Source: Obrimoposthia wandeli
Taxonomy: Eukaryota
DNA length: 64,000 bases
Direction of reading: 5' to 3'
Assembly (NCBI GenBank): GCA_977020255.1
Contig: CDROCS010002735.1
Span: 248,001-312,000 of the forward strand
Position numbers and translations under genes: made by a program
Shown here: positions 40,586 to 50,847 of the stretch, in pieces
How positions within the stretch are numbered: the stretch's first letter is position 1
Layout: each line of letters begins with the position of its first letter
Notes under the pieces: model-generated
What the model saw: only the letters and a program-made list of their open reading frames with translations
What the model was told of the DNA's origin: nothing
Database searches by the model: none

Positions 40586-42517
40586 TCAGCGCCTTACACC
40601 AGGTATTGAAAATCCTGTGACACTGAACAGCCTGTTGGGTGTTTTTCGCGTTGCTTGTAAATGCGTAAGCATGACCACCGCGCCTTCATCATCAACATCT
40701 TCTACCCTTAAAGTACCCACCAACTGATCTTCATCATCCATCAACTGTAAGAGTGTACCTATTTGAGCTTCGCGGTTTAAGCTGACCCGTAAAAAGCTTC
40801 CAGGCTCTAACACCTTTGGAGCAGACAGCAAATTGCCGTGTAATATCTCATTAGGATCATCTGCCGCTGCAACGAGTAATGCGGCGCGTATCATATTTCT
40901 TAATGCGCTGTAACTGTGTGTGCTTGCGGTGGCTGATAGCTGTCTAAACCACCACTGCACCAGCGCGATAATAGTGCGCAACGTATTAAACTCATCTGGC
41001 TGCGCTTGCTCAAGTCCTGGCCACTGTTGTGGCTGATCAACGATTAACTGATCAAGTTCAGCGGCTGCCGCCCATTGCAAGCGTAGGGAAGGTGCTATTT
41101 CTCTTAATTGCGTTACTAGACAATGACAGGCTTGATCTAGTTTATTACGCAAGCTTTCTGCATTGCCTCGCAAACGATGGGGAGAGCCAGCCAATAGATC
41201 TTCTAAGGAAATTAATTTTGCGCTTTGCTGTTGATGCGCTAATAGCGATGTTTTGAACGCCGTCTTAAAGAGATCAGGGTCAAAATATGCTGAATTGACA
41301 GCCGCAGGGCTAGTATTCGCTACAGTATGCGTACTCATTTCAAACACACTAGGTGAGCCTTGGGCAATATCCATCAACAGCGCTTTATTGGCGTTAAAAA
41401 GCCCTTGCATGCGCACACTTAATAATGAATGTTCAATTTGAATGGCTTCTTGTAGTTTGTAATTTATGCGCTGTTGGCGGCTTTTAATTAAGCGTTGGAT
41501 ACGGCGTCTATCTGGCAATAATTTGGCATAACTGTGCAGCGCTTGCCAATCACTCATCGCAATATCTAACACGGATTCCATGAAAGGTTCTAGCTCAACG
41601 GGCAGATCTTTATCTTCTAAAGGACAACCTGGCACTAAATCATCAACGCTCGCATAATGTAGGGGCAACAAACTACTAGGCGACCGGTTAAGCGATGTTT
41701 CGCGCACTTTTACATAGCTTATGCCTAAATTGTTATCGAGGATCTGTGCGCGCTGGCGATAATCATTTTCAATTTTTTGCCAATTTTCGCTCACTAAATG
41801 ATTAACCACATGGTAATCGCTTAAACTCTTCAGGCGTTGACTATTTAAAGCACTCAACTGGTTTTGCCCTTCGATGATTTTGTTTTCAACGCTGGCAAGT
41901 TTGGATTGTAAATGCTTTAACCGCCGCTCTTTACTGGTTCTATACTTAACTAGGTTAGTGCGTAGTTTTTGAACGACCCTAATATCATCTTTGATAAAGA
42001 CGCCCGTTTTAAACAGTGCTTCATGGCTATCTTCAGCGGCTGCATTTAAAGCGCCAATATTGGCCAAGCCTTCTAATCTAAAAGTGTTGGGGGTTGTGAA
42101 ATACTCCCCAAAATATTGATTTAACTCACTAGGCTCTTGATAAACATCTTGGTATAAGCTTTCTACATAACTTTTGGTTTTTGCCAGTAAACTTTCATCT
42201 ATATCTACTAACTCAGCTTGCAGTGTTTGGATACCCAATTTAGCTTTTTCAAATAAACTATGTGTCGTATCTACATAATCTAATACTCCAAAACCACCTT
42301 CACCTTTGGCAAACGCGGGCTCATTAATTTTTTCAGCAACCGGAGTATGACGATTTATTTGCGATAACTGATCCTTCAAGTTTAGTTGCTGGCTAAGCTG
42401 CAAATCTTTTAGCAATTCTTGCTGCGCTTTTTCTTTAAGCACCAAATCCTGGTGTCGTAACTGGCTTTGTGCAAAGCTACTTGCTTTTGAAACTTCACTT
42501 TGAAAAAACTTAGCCAT
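40586..42517 (-). CDS. Hypothetical eCIS-associated coiled-coil protein (643 aa)
   Basis: Long ORF co-oriented in the locus with an AAGGA RBS; heptad-rich segments; no recognised family. Confidence 0.7.
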   Translation of the reverse strand: MAKFFQSEVSKASSFAQSQLRHQDLVLKEKAQQELLKDLQLSQQLNLKDQLSQINRHTPVAEKINEPAFAKGEGGFGVLDYVDTTHSLFEKAKLGIQTLQAELVDIDESLLAKTKSYVESLYQDVYQEPSELNQYFGEYFTTPNTFRLEGLANIGALNAAAEDSHEALFKTGVFIKDDIRVVQKLRTNLVKYRTSKERRLKHLQSKLASVENKIIEGQNQLSALNSQRLKSLSDYHVVNHLVSENWQKIENDYRQRAQILDNNLGISYVKVRETSLNRSPSSLLPLHYASVDDLVPGCPLEDKDLPVELEPFMESVLDIAMSDWQALHSYAKLLPDRRRIQRLIKSRQQRINYKLQEAIQIEHSLLSVRMQGLFNANKALLMDIAQGSPSVFEMSTHTVANTSPAAVNSAYFDPDLFKTAFKTSLLAHQQQSAKLISLEDLLAGSPHRLRGNAESLRNKLDQACHCLVTQLREIAPSLRLQWAAAAELDQLIVDQPQQWPGLEQAQPDEFNTLRTIIALVQWWFRQLSATASTHSYSALRNMIRAALLVAAADDPNEILHGNLLSAPKVLEPGSFLRVSLNREAQIGTLLQLMDDEDQLVGTLRVEDVDDEGAVVMLTHLQATRKTPNRLFSVTGFSIPGVRR

Positions 42518-42606
42518 TTCAAATTCCTTGTTTAATTATTGTTGCAATGCTTAAAGTGTTTATCTAAGTTAACCAAATCTTTAGACTCACTTTTAGATGC
42601 TCATTT

Positions 42607-44679
42607 TTATGAGTCGTTGGTAAACTTGACTGAACCTGCCCAGCGCATTAAATTAAGACCACTGCCATCGCCAGGCACACCACCTGCAAGTGTCGCAAAG
42701 GACACGCTGATTGAATCTAGATGTTGACGTTGCACTAAGATAAAGTCATTCATCTCGTTGATAACATCATAATTTTCTTTGAAATCCGCTTCTATTGCGG
42801 CTATTTCAACTTGCAGGTCACTGCGCTGGCGATACAAGCCTGGTGCTGTGCTGTTGTCTTTAGCTGTTTTTATCGCGGCACTTTCAAAGCTTGGAATGTC
42901 TAAACGGTACAAACTGTATGGCCTCGGCAAGCTTTGATCGTTTGTTAATTGCTGTGCGCGCGTATTTATTAAGCGGCTTAAGCTTTGTGTCGTGGTTAAA
43001 GGTGCCGCTTGAGGGTTGGGGACATTTAATTTATCGCGCTGTGTAAACCCACTAAGCTTAGTAAAACTGTTGCTAGGACCTTTTACTTGAAATACGCTGT
43101 TAAACAAGGTGATGGGATCTGCATAGTATTTGCTATTGGTAAGTTGATCTAAATCTCTATCGAGATCCTTATACAAGTGCTCAAATAGATTTTCCCAAGC
43201 ATTGTAGTCTGATTGACAAAGGGCGTATCTGTTTTCAACTTCTTGAATAAGCTGCTGGTCTATTTGAGGAAGTGAGAGTAAGTCAGGTCGATAATTATAC
43301 TCATCAACCGATACCATTAAACGTATTCGCACTTGCTGATAGTGCACTAAATTAACAACACCTCTACCAGCTTCTGCTTGAATTGTGCTTTTTACCGTGC
43401 TGGCAGGTACTGGCACTAATTCGATTTGCATGTCTTTTGGTGCAAAGTGTAAAATGGGCGTTTGCCACTGCAGATCACTGTTTTCACTGCCCGCTATTTG
43501 CGATATTAGTTTCGTGGGAAATGTTGCTCCACTGGGTAAGTAGTCAATACCTAAGTTTTGCGATAGACTTAAATTTACATCTTCGCTAATAGGTATTATT
43601 TGCTTTGCAAGTTGGTGCTCGTAATGGCGTAAAAAGCATTGATGCTCACTGTTCTTTTCACTGAGATAGCGCCCTGCTAGTGCATCTATTTCAACAAGCT
43701 GATCCGCTTCGATTTTAATCAATGCTAACCTTATTGCCCCGTTTTCAGAGCCTTCATCTCTTAAGCTTTCGTTACTTGCGTTATTCGCATCACTTACTTG
43801 TGTGGCGAGTATTTTATTACTCGCACGTTGTGTGCTCATGTCCATTAAATCGACGCTGTCTGAAATAAACTGCAAATTGAGTTTCGCCACGGTTTCAATA
43901 CGACTATCGCGCAGTGAGTTTAACTGTGCTCGATTACAGGCTAAGTTTTGATTATCTTCATCTAATAGCAGTGCACCGCGTTGTAAAGTAATATAGAAAT
44001 ATCCCTTTAATGTGGATGCATTGACTGACTGATTTAAGTTAGGTAATTGGCTAGCCAAATTTAGTGTATCAAAGATATTTGATCCACTGACGTAAGGTGA
44101 TGGATTAGTGGCAATTGAAATACTAGTGCTGATACCTTTACTTGTGTCGGCTCTGGTAATTGAAGACGGCCTCAACGGCAATCGAGTCGAGGTTAAAGGT
44201 ACTGAAGGGCGAAACCCTATTCTTGGACTTAGATCCGTACTAGCATCTGAGTTATCTGTTTCAATCTTAGGCGATAGGTTATTCCCTTTAATCAGGTTAG
44301 TAATAAAATTCTGATTTGGATTTAACGGTACGCTGTGTTGGTAGTTGTCAAATAACTGCTGCCACGAAATAAACATGGGTTGCAGCAGCCGTATTGCACG
44401 ACCATCATGACCTATAGCCACGCCTGCTTGCAGCCTAATATTGGCGTTTCCTGCTTGCTCACTTTGATAATTATCAACACTAATTTCTAGGCCTTCCACA
44501 ATACCTGCTATTTCATCACTGAGTAAACTATCGCAACGATCGTCGACGTAGCGCTGCATTAAATCAAACTCGCGCTCGCTCAAAGCTCTTCCTGCTAGCA
44601 ATTTTATACGCTGTGCTTGATTATCGGTTTGTACGTTATGTAAGTGTATAGGTGGATCCTGATGAATATAGTTACTCAT
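42607..44679 (-). CDS. eCIS fibre/baseplate-attachment-type protein 3
   Basis: N-terminal RIKLLAGRALSEREFDLMQRY...GIVEGLEI, paralogous to the two upstream genes. The ATG at 44679 has a GGAG RBS (track start 44745). Confidence 0.6.
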   Translation of the reverse strand: MSNYIHQDPPIHLHNVQTDNQAQRIKLLAGRALSEREFDLMQRYVDDRCDSLLSDEIAGIVEGLEISVDNYQSEQAGNANIRLQAGVAIGHDGRAIRLLQPMFISWQQLFDNYQHSVPLNPNQNFITNLIKGNNLSPKIETDNSDASTDLSPRIGFRPSVPLTSTRLPLRPSSITRADTSKGISTSISIATNPSPYVSGSNIFDTLNLASQLPNLNQSVNASTLKGYFYITLQRGALLLDEDNQNLACNRAQLNSLRDSRIETVAKLNLQFISDSVDLMDMSTQRASNKILATQVSDANNASNESLRDEGSENGAIRLALIKIEADQLVEIDALAGRYLSEKNSEHQCFLRHYEHQLAKQIIPISEDVNLSLSQNLGIDYLPSGATFPTKLISQIAGSENSDLQWQTPILHFAPKDMQIELVPVPASTVKSTIQAEAGRGVVNLVHYQQVRIRLMVSVDEYNYRPDLLSLPQIDQQLIQEVENRYALCQSDYNAWENLFEHLYKDLDRDLDQLTNSKYYADPITLFNSVFQVKGPSNSFTKLSGFTQRDKLNVPNPQAAPLTTTQSLSRLINTRAQQLTNDQSLPRPYSLYRLDIPSFESAAIKTAKDNSTAPGLYRQRSDLQVEIAAIEADFKENYDVINEMNDFILVQRQHLDSISVSFATLAGGVPGDGSGLNLMRWAGSVKFTNDS

Positions 44680-44708
44680 AAATGTGCTCCGAACAATTAA
44701 CCTAAACC

Positions 44709-47225
44709 CTAAACAGTCATAAGACCCATATCTAAATCGCGCCATTGATTACGTAGTTTTGTGGTCAATTTGAACTCAGTGGTCGCGGCAATCGCCAACC
44801 CTAATTTACGAGTGCTTTTATGTGCTTGTAATAAATACTCATGAAATTTTTGTGTACTTTCATCCTTCAGGATGATGACCATAGTTGACCAAAGCGCTTC
44901 ATCATAGAATACTGGTATTATCGTGGCCATTTGGTTAACCCATAAGCGCAGCTGCGTGTTTGCACCGACTAAATCGCTTACTTGTTTTATAATCCTTTGA
45001 TTACTAAAATCTCTGGCTTTGGCACGCTGTATTACCGTTAAGCTTTCTACATTAGACAGATTTATATTAGACAGATCAGTGGCGCTACTTGCTCGGGTAA
45101 TCGCACTTGGACTTTGCGCCGCTGCTTCCCATTGTCTCCTCAACGAACTACTAAGATCAAAATGACTCGCTTTAGAAGCTATATAGGCAGCAGTATTCAT
45201 TTTAAGCCCTGATTTGATATACTCCTCTACAAAGCTTTGTAGTAATTCACTATGGGCAAGTTCTAATAGCGTTCTCCATACTACATCTTGATATTCTCTT
45301 TCAACTATCAGCAATAACTGGTTGATAAATATGAGAAGATCAGGCATTTCATTTACTAATTCTTGTAACTGACTCGCTGTTCTCTGCGTATTTTCATTTT
45401 CCGCACCTCTAATTCTCACTAGCTGTTCAATGCTAAATAGGCCACCACTGTTATTGCTCAGCTGCGCCTCAAGTGCTTGATTCTCTGTCCGTAGTCGATT
45501 TAGTTGCATAGTGAGCCGATTAGTTAAGTCCCCAGCACTGCTCAATTGTTGTTGCAATCTACTTTGCTCAGTCAAAAGCGTTTCATTATTGGTTTCTAAT
45601 TGCCTAATACTTTGTAGTGCATTTTGCAATTGAATGCTGGTTGGTGAATCATTGCCATCGCTGCCACTCTCGATTTGCTGCAGTAAATTGGTATTTAATA
45701 TTTGTAAGCGGCTATTATCTTCAAGCGCCTGGTTCAGATCAGCGACCAACTGCGAAAAGTCAGCAGGGATCGCATTACTAGGATTCGCTTGCAGGTACCC
45801 TGCGGCTAATACCACCGCACTGACTTGTGTTTCAGCCACTCGGGTTGGGCGGCGCACATACATAACATTGCGCGCTTGAGCCCAAATATCGCGCCAAACA
45901 ATTTGATGAGAGTTGCTAATACTTACAAAAGAATTATTGACAGGCCTTACAACAGCTTCGAAATTACTACCAAAGCTAGTACTTGCATACAACTGCAGTG
46001 CTAGTTCAGGGATGTAGCGCATCTCATCAGTTCTTACTTCATCACTATCATGCTCTAACTGGCGAGCACGATATGCGAACTGATGATCAGACATCGCCAC
46101 CAGCACCATAATATCAACCCCTTTATCTCGTGTGAGATCTATAGGAGCTAACAGTTTACTTTGAGCGATAATAGCGGCTAAATCTGTTTCTCTTACGGGT
46201 GCAATGCTGACATCAAAACTTTGTGGAAAGTAGTTTTGCGAGGTAGTTAATGGATTTATAGCGGCTTTCGGCACGCTGCCATAAGGGGGCAATAAATTAA
46301 AATAATGATGTGCGCTAAAAGAAAAGTCGCGGCTACTTTGCTGTCGAAAATCGAGCACACTAACTAATAATTCTTCATAATGAGTATGCAAATCTTCTTG
46401 TAAACCCGTTTGGCTGTTGGCTTTTCTTAAAGGGCGCTTTAGTAAGCCTTTATCTAGCCAACTGACGCGGCCGTGTTCGATACTAATTATACCTAGCGCT
46501 ACTGCTTCATCTGATATTTCATGTGGTTGGCTGGTATTGCCATTAGTAGTGCTGCCAATTAATTCTGCCACTAAAGCTGCTCGCGTATTTAGATCGCTAG
46601 GTTTTCTATCAATTGCAACGCTATTATCAGCGCTGGCGGTAAAGGTCTTACTGCGCAGTGGCTGTAGTATTATTTCAACTCCTTCACTGTAAGCATTGAA
46701 ATGAAACCCGCGCTGCGCGGCTAAATCTCGCGGGTAAATTTCACTGCTGCCACTGCCTTGCTCAGCATATTGTAAACAAACAGCGTAAAGGCCGCGTGTG
46801 AAGCGTCTAAAATTGTTATTTAAAGCCGCGAGCTGCGCACTGTCATATAAGTTAATTTCTAATTCTGGCGCGTTGCTTGTCTTCTCCATTGCATCTGTAC
46901 TATCACTTGATGAGGTTTTTAACTCTAAGACTCTGCCCGCTGGTGATACAGCTAAACCATTGGTGATGATTAGCTTGCCGTCTTCACTGAGCATTACATC
47001 TAAGCCGCGAACGACACCATAGCCGAGCACTCGCCCAACTTCGCGCAGCCGCTCATCAAGATAGAGCTGATCTCGAATTAAATCTGCCGCTTTGAGTAAT
47101 CTGCCGTCATAATAATTGGTGCGCGACAGTTTGGGATCAATACTGGCTGCACCGGAATATAGTGGCGCTTGTTGATTTGCATTGAGTGATGAATTGACGG
47201 GTGAAAACTCTGAGTTATTTGACAT
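44709..47225 (-). CDS. eCIS fibre/baseplate-attachment-type protein 2 with coiled coil
   Basis: RTNYYDGRLLKAADLIRDQLY...GYGVVRGLDV...ITNGLAVSPAGRVL, the motif typical of Afp13-like N-termini; long heptad stretch. The ATG at 47225 has a GAGGA RBS (track start 47252). Confidence 0.65.
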   Translation of the reverse strand: MSNNSEFSPVNSSLNANQQAPLYSGAASIDPKLSRTNYYDGRLLKAADLIRDQLYLDERLREVGRVLGYGVVRGLDVMLSEDGKLIITNGLAVSPAGRVLELKTSSSDSTDAMEKTSNAPELEINLYDSAQLAALNNNFRRFTRGLYAVCLQYAEQGSGSSEIYPRDLAAQRGFHFNAYSEGVEIILQPLRSKTFTASADNSVAIDRKPSDLNTRAALVAELIGSTTNGNTSQPHEISDEAVALGIISIEHGRVSWLDKGLLKRPLRKANSQTGLQEDLHTHYEELLVSVLDFRQQSSRDFSFSAHHYFNLLPPYGSVPKAAINPLTTSQNYFPQSFDVSIAPVRETDLAAIIAQSKLLAPIDLTRDKGVDIMVLVAMSDHQFAYRARQLEHDSDEVRTDEMRYIPELALQLYASTSFGSNFEAVVRPVNNSFVSISNSHQIVWRDIWAQARNVMYVRRPTRVAETQVSAVVLAAGYLQANPSNAIPADFSQLVADLNQALEDNSRLQILNTNLLQQIESGSDGNDSPTSIQLQNALQSIRQLETNNETLLTEQSRLQQQLSSAGDLTNRLTMQLNRLRTENQALEAQLSNNSGGLFSIEQLVRIRGAENENTQRTASQLQELVNEMPDLLIFINQLLLIVEREYQDVVWRTLLELAHSELLQSFVEEYIKSGLKMNTAAYIASKASHFDLSSSLRRQWEAAAQSPSAITRASSATDLSNINLSNVESLTVIQRAKARDFSNQRIIKQVSDLVGANTQLRLWVNQMATIIPVFYDEALWSTMVIILKDESTQKFHEYLLQAHKSTRKLGLAIAATTEFKLTTKLRNQWRDLDMGLMTV

Positions 47226-47227
47226 AT

Positions 47228-48181
47228 CTAAGATTCCTCTTGGCTCAACCAAGTCAGTGCATCCGCGCTATTTACAAAAGGCCTGACTAAATTATTCAAA
47301 GCGATGTGATGCGGGTTTATCACAGGACTAATCATTGGTAACTGATCGGTGCGAATCGCAATCTCGATATGCGCCAATAAAGTTTTGGCTATTTCAGCTG
47401 AATTGCCTTTAACAGCCAGTGCTTGTGGATCTGCTGCTAAGGCATAAACTAACCCGCTGTGATGCTGCGCACGCTTTTTAGCAACTCCTGTTAGCTGAGC
47501 TAAATAATCCGTTTCAGTGTCGTTGAGTAGCTCTGTTATTGGGATTTTTTGTTGCTGATGTGCATTCCAAGACCAAGGGATTTGCTCGGTATTTAATAGC
47601 GCAGCATTAATTTCTAGCAACACCCCTTCGGTAGTGCGACTTGGCGAAATAGGATCGGTACCTGCGTTTACTTTTCTGGCGAGTATCGGTTGTAAACCAC
47701 TAGGGCAGTCACGTTGTCGCATAGTGATGAGTAGGCTTAGGCTATCTTGTGCGTCATTTAGTCCGTTTAATAACGCGGCTTTACCTTGCTCATCAGCTAC
47801 TTGCGATGCCAGCCATTGGTTTAAATTGATGCAATAAGGCTCAAAGCTGTTCACCTCACGCCCTAATCCATCAATACCGACCCCGGGAGTAACTAGCAAT
47901 TTAACCGTCACATCATCGACACTAGGTTCCACGCCTTCGTGCTCTAACTGCACAGCAAACCCGAGCACTGTGCCGGCGCCATGTAGCCAATAATCGTGCC
48001 TATTTAAGCGACGCCGATGATAGCCTTGCTCAGCATTCGTGGCCTCGACACCGAGTAACATTCCCGGTACAAAATTAACTCTTTGTAAAGGGCTTTGAAA
48101 ATCGCTATCTTGCGCTAAGATTTCTTGAGATACACCGTTTGGGGTTAAAAGATGCGCTTTATCGAAATTATTCATGCTCAC
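47228..48181 (-). CDS. eCIS fibre/baseplate-attachment-type protein 1
   Basis: RVNFVPGMLLGVEATNAEQGYHRRRL...HGAGTVLGFAV...VTPGVGIDGLGREV. Confidence 0.65.
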   Translation of the reverse strand: MSMNNFDKAHLLTPNGVSQEILAQDSDFQSPLQRVNFVPGMLLGVEATNAEQGYHRRRLNRHDYWLHGAGTVLGFAVQLEHEGVEPSVDDVTVKLLVTPGVGIDGLGREVNSFEPYCINLNQWLASQVADEQGKAALLNGLNDAQDSLSLLITMRQRDCPSGLQPILARKVNAGTDPISPSRTTEGVLLEINAALLNTEQIPWSWNAHQQQKIPITELLNDTETDYLAQLTGVAKKRAQHHSGLVYALAADPQALAVKGNSAEIAKTLLAHIEIAIRTDQLPMISPVINPHHIALNNLVRPFVNSADALTWLSQEES

Positions 48182-48191
48182 TTATTCCTGT

Positions 48192-50750
48192 TTATCCCTG
48201 AAAAGAAGCCAGTGCAATAGGGTTGTGTAAGATACCTTCTCTACCTAAATACGTATCATTCAATGTGACTTGACGATAGTGCGGCTGCTGCTCTAAATAA
48301 GTATCAATACCCAATAACGGCGATAGCCCCAATACAAAAGGATGATCTGTTTCTAATAACTGATAAGTAATATGTGCAGGCAGCCATTGTGCTAGCGTCT
48401 GCTCAATTTGTGCTATCGCACTTCTTGCTGATGCGTGCACCACCACACTCACTTGATAGGCATAGTGCTCGTACAAAGCTGTTACTTGCTCATTTTGCTG
48501 TTTTGATGCAAGCTGTGGGGCGAACAGTGCTAAGAACTGCGCACCTTGATCTTCCGATAAAATAAGTGACTCACCGACGATAGAATTACCACTTTGCGAG
48601 ACACCTAGCGTCAATGGGTGCTTATCATCATCCATGTTAATGCCCAGTATTGTAGCGAGTGTTCTTCTTAGCCGAAAATTCTCGACTGCAATCACATGCC
48701 CTTTTGCCACAGCGCCATCGGTGACAACATCTAGTGCTAAACAAAGTCCTGCATGAGTGCCGCGCTTTTTCTGTAGTTCAGGTTGAGCACTTAACCAGTT
48801 GCGCGCCCGATGGGTTGGCCAGTAATCAGGTAGTGAACATGCCAGCATTTTTGCCAGTATTGGCAACATATTTTGTGGCGCGCTAAGTGGGTTTAAGAGC
48901 GCTTCACTATAGACAATACGCTCTTCTATGGGTGTCATCATCCCTTCAAAACTAGCTAGCATTCGCTCGCGTATATCAGCGCCATTGGCAGCGATATGCT
49001 CCTCAGTGGTTGAATTCTCAGTGGTTTGATTATTATAGATATCAGCTGCGCCATACTGCTGGTGAAAATGACTGGGCAAATACGCTTGTTGCCACGAGAA
49101 CCGCTCTTGATGTACGCGTATTGCACTAATGGCAGGTGAATGTCTCCCATCTCCTGTCATGCTTATTTTGATCTCTAGGTATCGCCCTCGCAACTCTCGT
49201 ATTTCACCAGTGTTATGTTGAATTAAAATTTCATACAAACCTTGGCTTTTTTTCGATGTGTTGGTGTTATTTGTATGTATGCTGTCTGCGTTTAAAATAT
49301 CAGTACTTAAACTAGCCTCTCTTGATTCAGGTGCGCCAAACCTCCCTTGATAGAAAGGGATTTCAGAGGCAATTTTTTGGTAATGTAATGGCGGCTGTTC
49401 GATCCATTTTTTACTGGAGCTGTGCTCGTCATTGTAAACCTTTAACGCTATTTTAAGCGTGCATCCCTCTGGTATCATGGCTTCTATATACATGCGATGC
49501 CACAGGGTATCCAACTGCTGTGAATCTAATGCTTTGTTAAGAGTAGTGCTTCCCTTGGTAATAAATTGACTTTGCTGTAGTGGGTATAATTTTTTAATTT
49601 CGTGCTGGGCTATATATCTAGCGCTGTTTATCTGATCTTTTCCCATGCCATCACTGAACACACCGCTGACAAAACCTGCACTTCCTTGGCTGTGCTGCGG
49701 GTAGCGTTTGGCTTCTAAAACAATCTCTTTTAGATTTTCTTGCACACTTTGCTCTTCGTCATTATCTATATTGACATTATGTAAATCAGGTACTTGAATC
49801 ACCGGGAGATCTTTATCAATACTGCCTTCTTCAAGTACTAACATTAGCGCCAGCCGTCTTTGTGCCATCACGCTCAAGCTGATAACAAATGGTATTATAG
49901 GCAGTGTGAAAATCTGTATTGTTTGGGTTGAATCATCGCTTAGTGCACGTATAAATAAACTTTGGCTAAAATTATTAAGTTCGTAAACCAAGATATATAA
50001 CTGTGTTTGATCGCCACACAGCCCCAGCACTTTGTAATTGTCAGGCAGTTCCTGTTGCCAATGTACTCGCAAGGGGTTTAAATTGATTTTTTGCGGTTCA
50101 AAGGCTGTTGGATCTGCGGTATAGCTTTGTGGCAGCGGCTCGCCTTGGCACAAGGTTAAAAACGGCTCAGTGATCAGCCATATTCTGTTGTGCTGATCCA
50201 CCCAGCTAAACTGCGCTGCTTGCCCTAATGAGCATTGGCTTTGCCATTTACGCGCAAGATGCACCACCAATAATCCGTGCTCTGTTACGCCATCACTAAA
50301 AGGAGCTGCAATACGTCCATCGCCACCTAAATTCAAATGCACGAACCGGCTGTTATTCGGTGCTTGTACTGGGGCTAAGCTCAATTGTGCAAGGGAATCA
50401 GTGCCTAGCGATGATTCTTCACTTCTCTCCTGACTAGATGCCTCATTAAATTGCAATGCACTAGCCAACACCTTATTAGTGTCACTTATTGGCCATTGTG
50501 CGCTGTAGAGAATATTTTTGTGATCATCACTCAATACACCAAGCTGGCCAAAACTATCTTCAATCACAGCAGTGTTATTCTTCCAAGTTTGTATTGCCTT
50601 TGCAAAGCCAACATTTGAAAAGCGCGGCGTTTGCTGTGCATTTAAGCGAAATAGCTGACATTGAGAATCCCACTGACATAGCTCTCTTGCGTCTGCCTTG
50701 AAATCATCAGCACAATTAAGGAGTTGAAACTTAACACCGTTACTATCCAT
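48192..50750 (-). CDS. Phage tail/baseplate protein with C-terminal P2 gpI-like domain (Afp12-like, TIGR02242-type)
   Basis: C-terminal YLPSHF...RERMLASFEG...LNPLSAPQNMLPILA...QKKRGTHAGL...WLPAHIT; lies directly after baseplate J; large N-terminal extension. Confidence 0.72.
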   Translation of the reverse strand: MDSNGVKFQLLNCADDFKADARELCQWDSQCQLFRLNAQQTPRFSNVGFAKAIQTWKNNTAVIEDSFGQLGVLSDDHKNILYSAQWPISDTNKVLASALQFNEASSQERSEESSLGTDSLAQLSLAPVQAPNNSRFVHLNLGGDGRIAAPFSDGVTEHGLLVVHLARKWQSQCSLGQAAQFSWVDQHNRIWLITEPFLTLCQGEPLPQSYTADPTAFEPQKINLNPLRVHWQQELPDNYKVLGLCGDQTQLYILVYELNNFSQSLFIRALSDDSTQTIQIFTLPIIPFVISLSVMAQRRLALMLVLEEGSIDKDLPVIQVPDLHNVNIDNDEEQSVQENLKEIVLEAKRYPQHSQGSAGFVSGVFSDGMGKDQINSARYIAQHEIKKLYPLQQSQFITKGSTTLNKALDSQQLDTLWHRMYIEAMIPEGCTLKIALKVYNDEHSSSKKWIEQPPLHYQKIASEIPFYQGRFGAPESREASLSTDILNADSIHTNNTNTSKKSQGLYEILIQHNTGEIRELRGRYLEIKISMTGDGRHSPAISAIRVHQERFSWQQAYLPSHFHQQYGAADIYNNQTTENSTTEEHIAANGADIRERMLASFEGMMTPIEERIVYSEALLNPLSAPQNMLPILAKMLACSLPDYWPTHRARNWLSAQPELQKKRGTHAGLCLALDVVTDGAVAKGHVIAVENFRLRRTLATILGINMDDDKHPLTLGVSQSGNSIVGESLILSEDQGAQFLALFAPQLASKQQNEQVTALYEHYAYQVSVVVHASARSAIAQIEQTLAQWLPAHITYQLLETDHPFVLGLSPLLGIDTYLEQQPHYRQVTLNDTYLGREGILHNPIALASFQG

Positions 50751-50847
50751 AAAAATCCATATCCCTACTGACCTTTATTAAATTCTCTAATTTTTCTTTT
50801 TAGCTTCTTTGTTTATAGCTTTCTACCTTATCGCTTCTTATTTTCCA

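Noticed and set aside
42517-42607. Possible frameshift or nonsense split of one giant fibre gene
   Set aside because: The downstream ORF has its own AAGGA RBS and ATG after a 90-bp AT-rich spacer, so two genes is the simpler reading.
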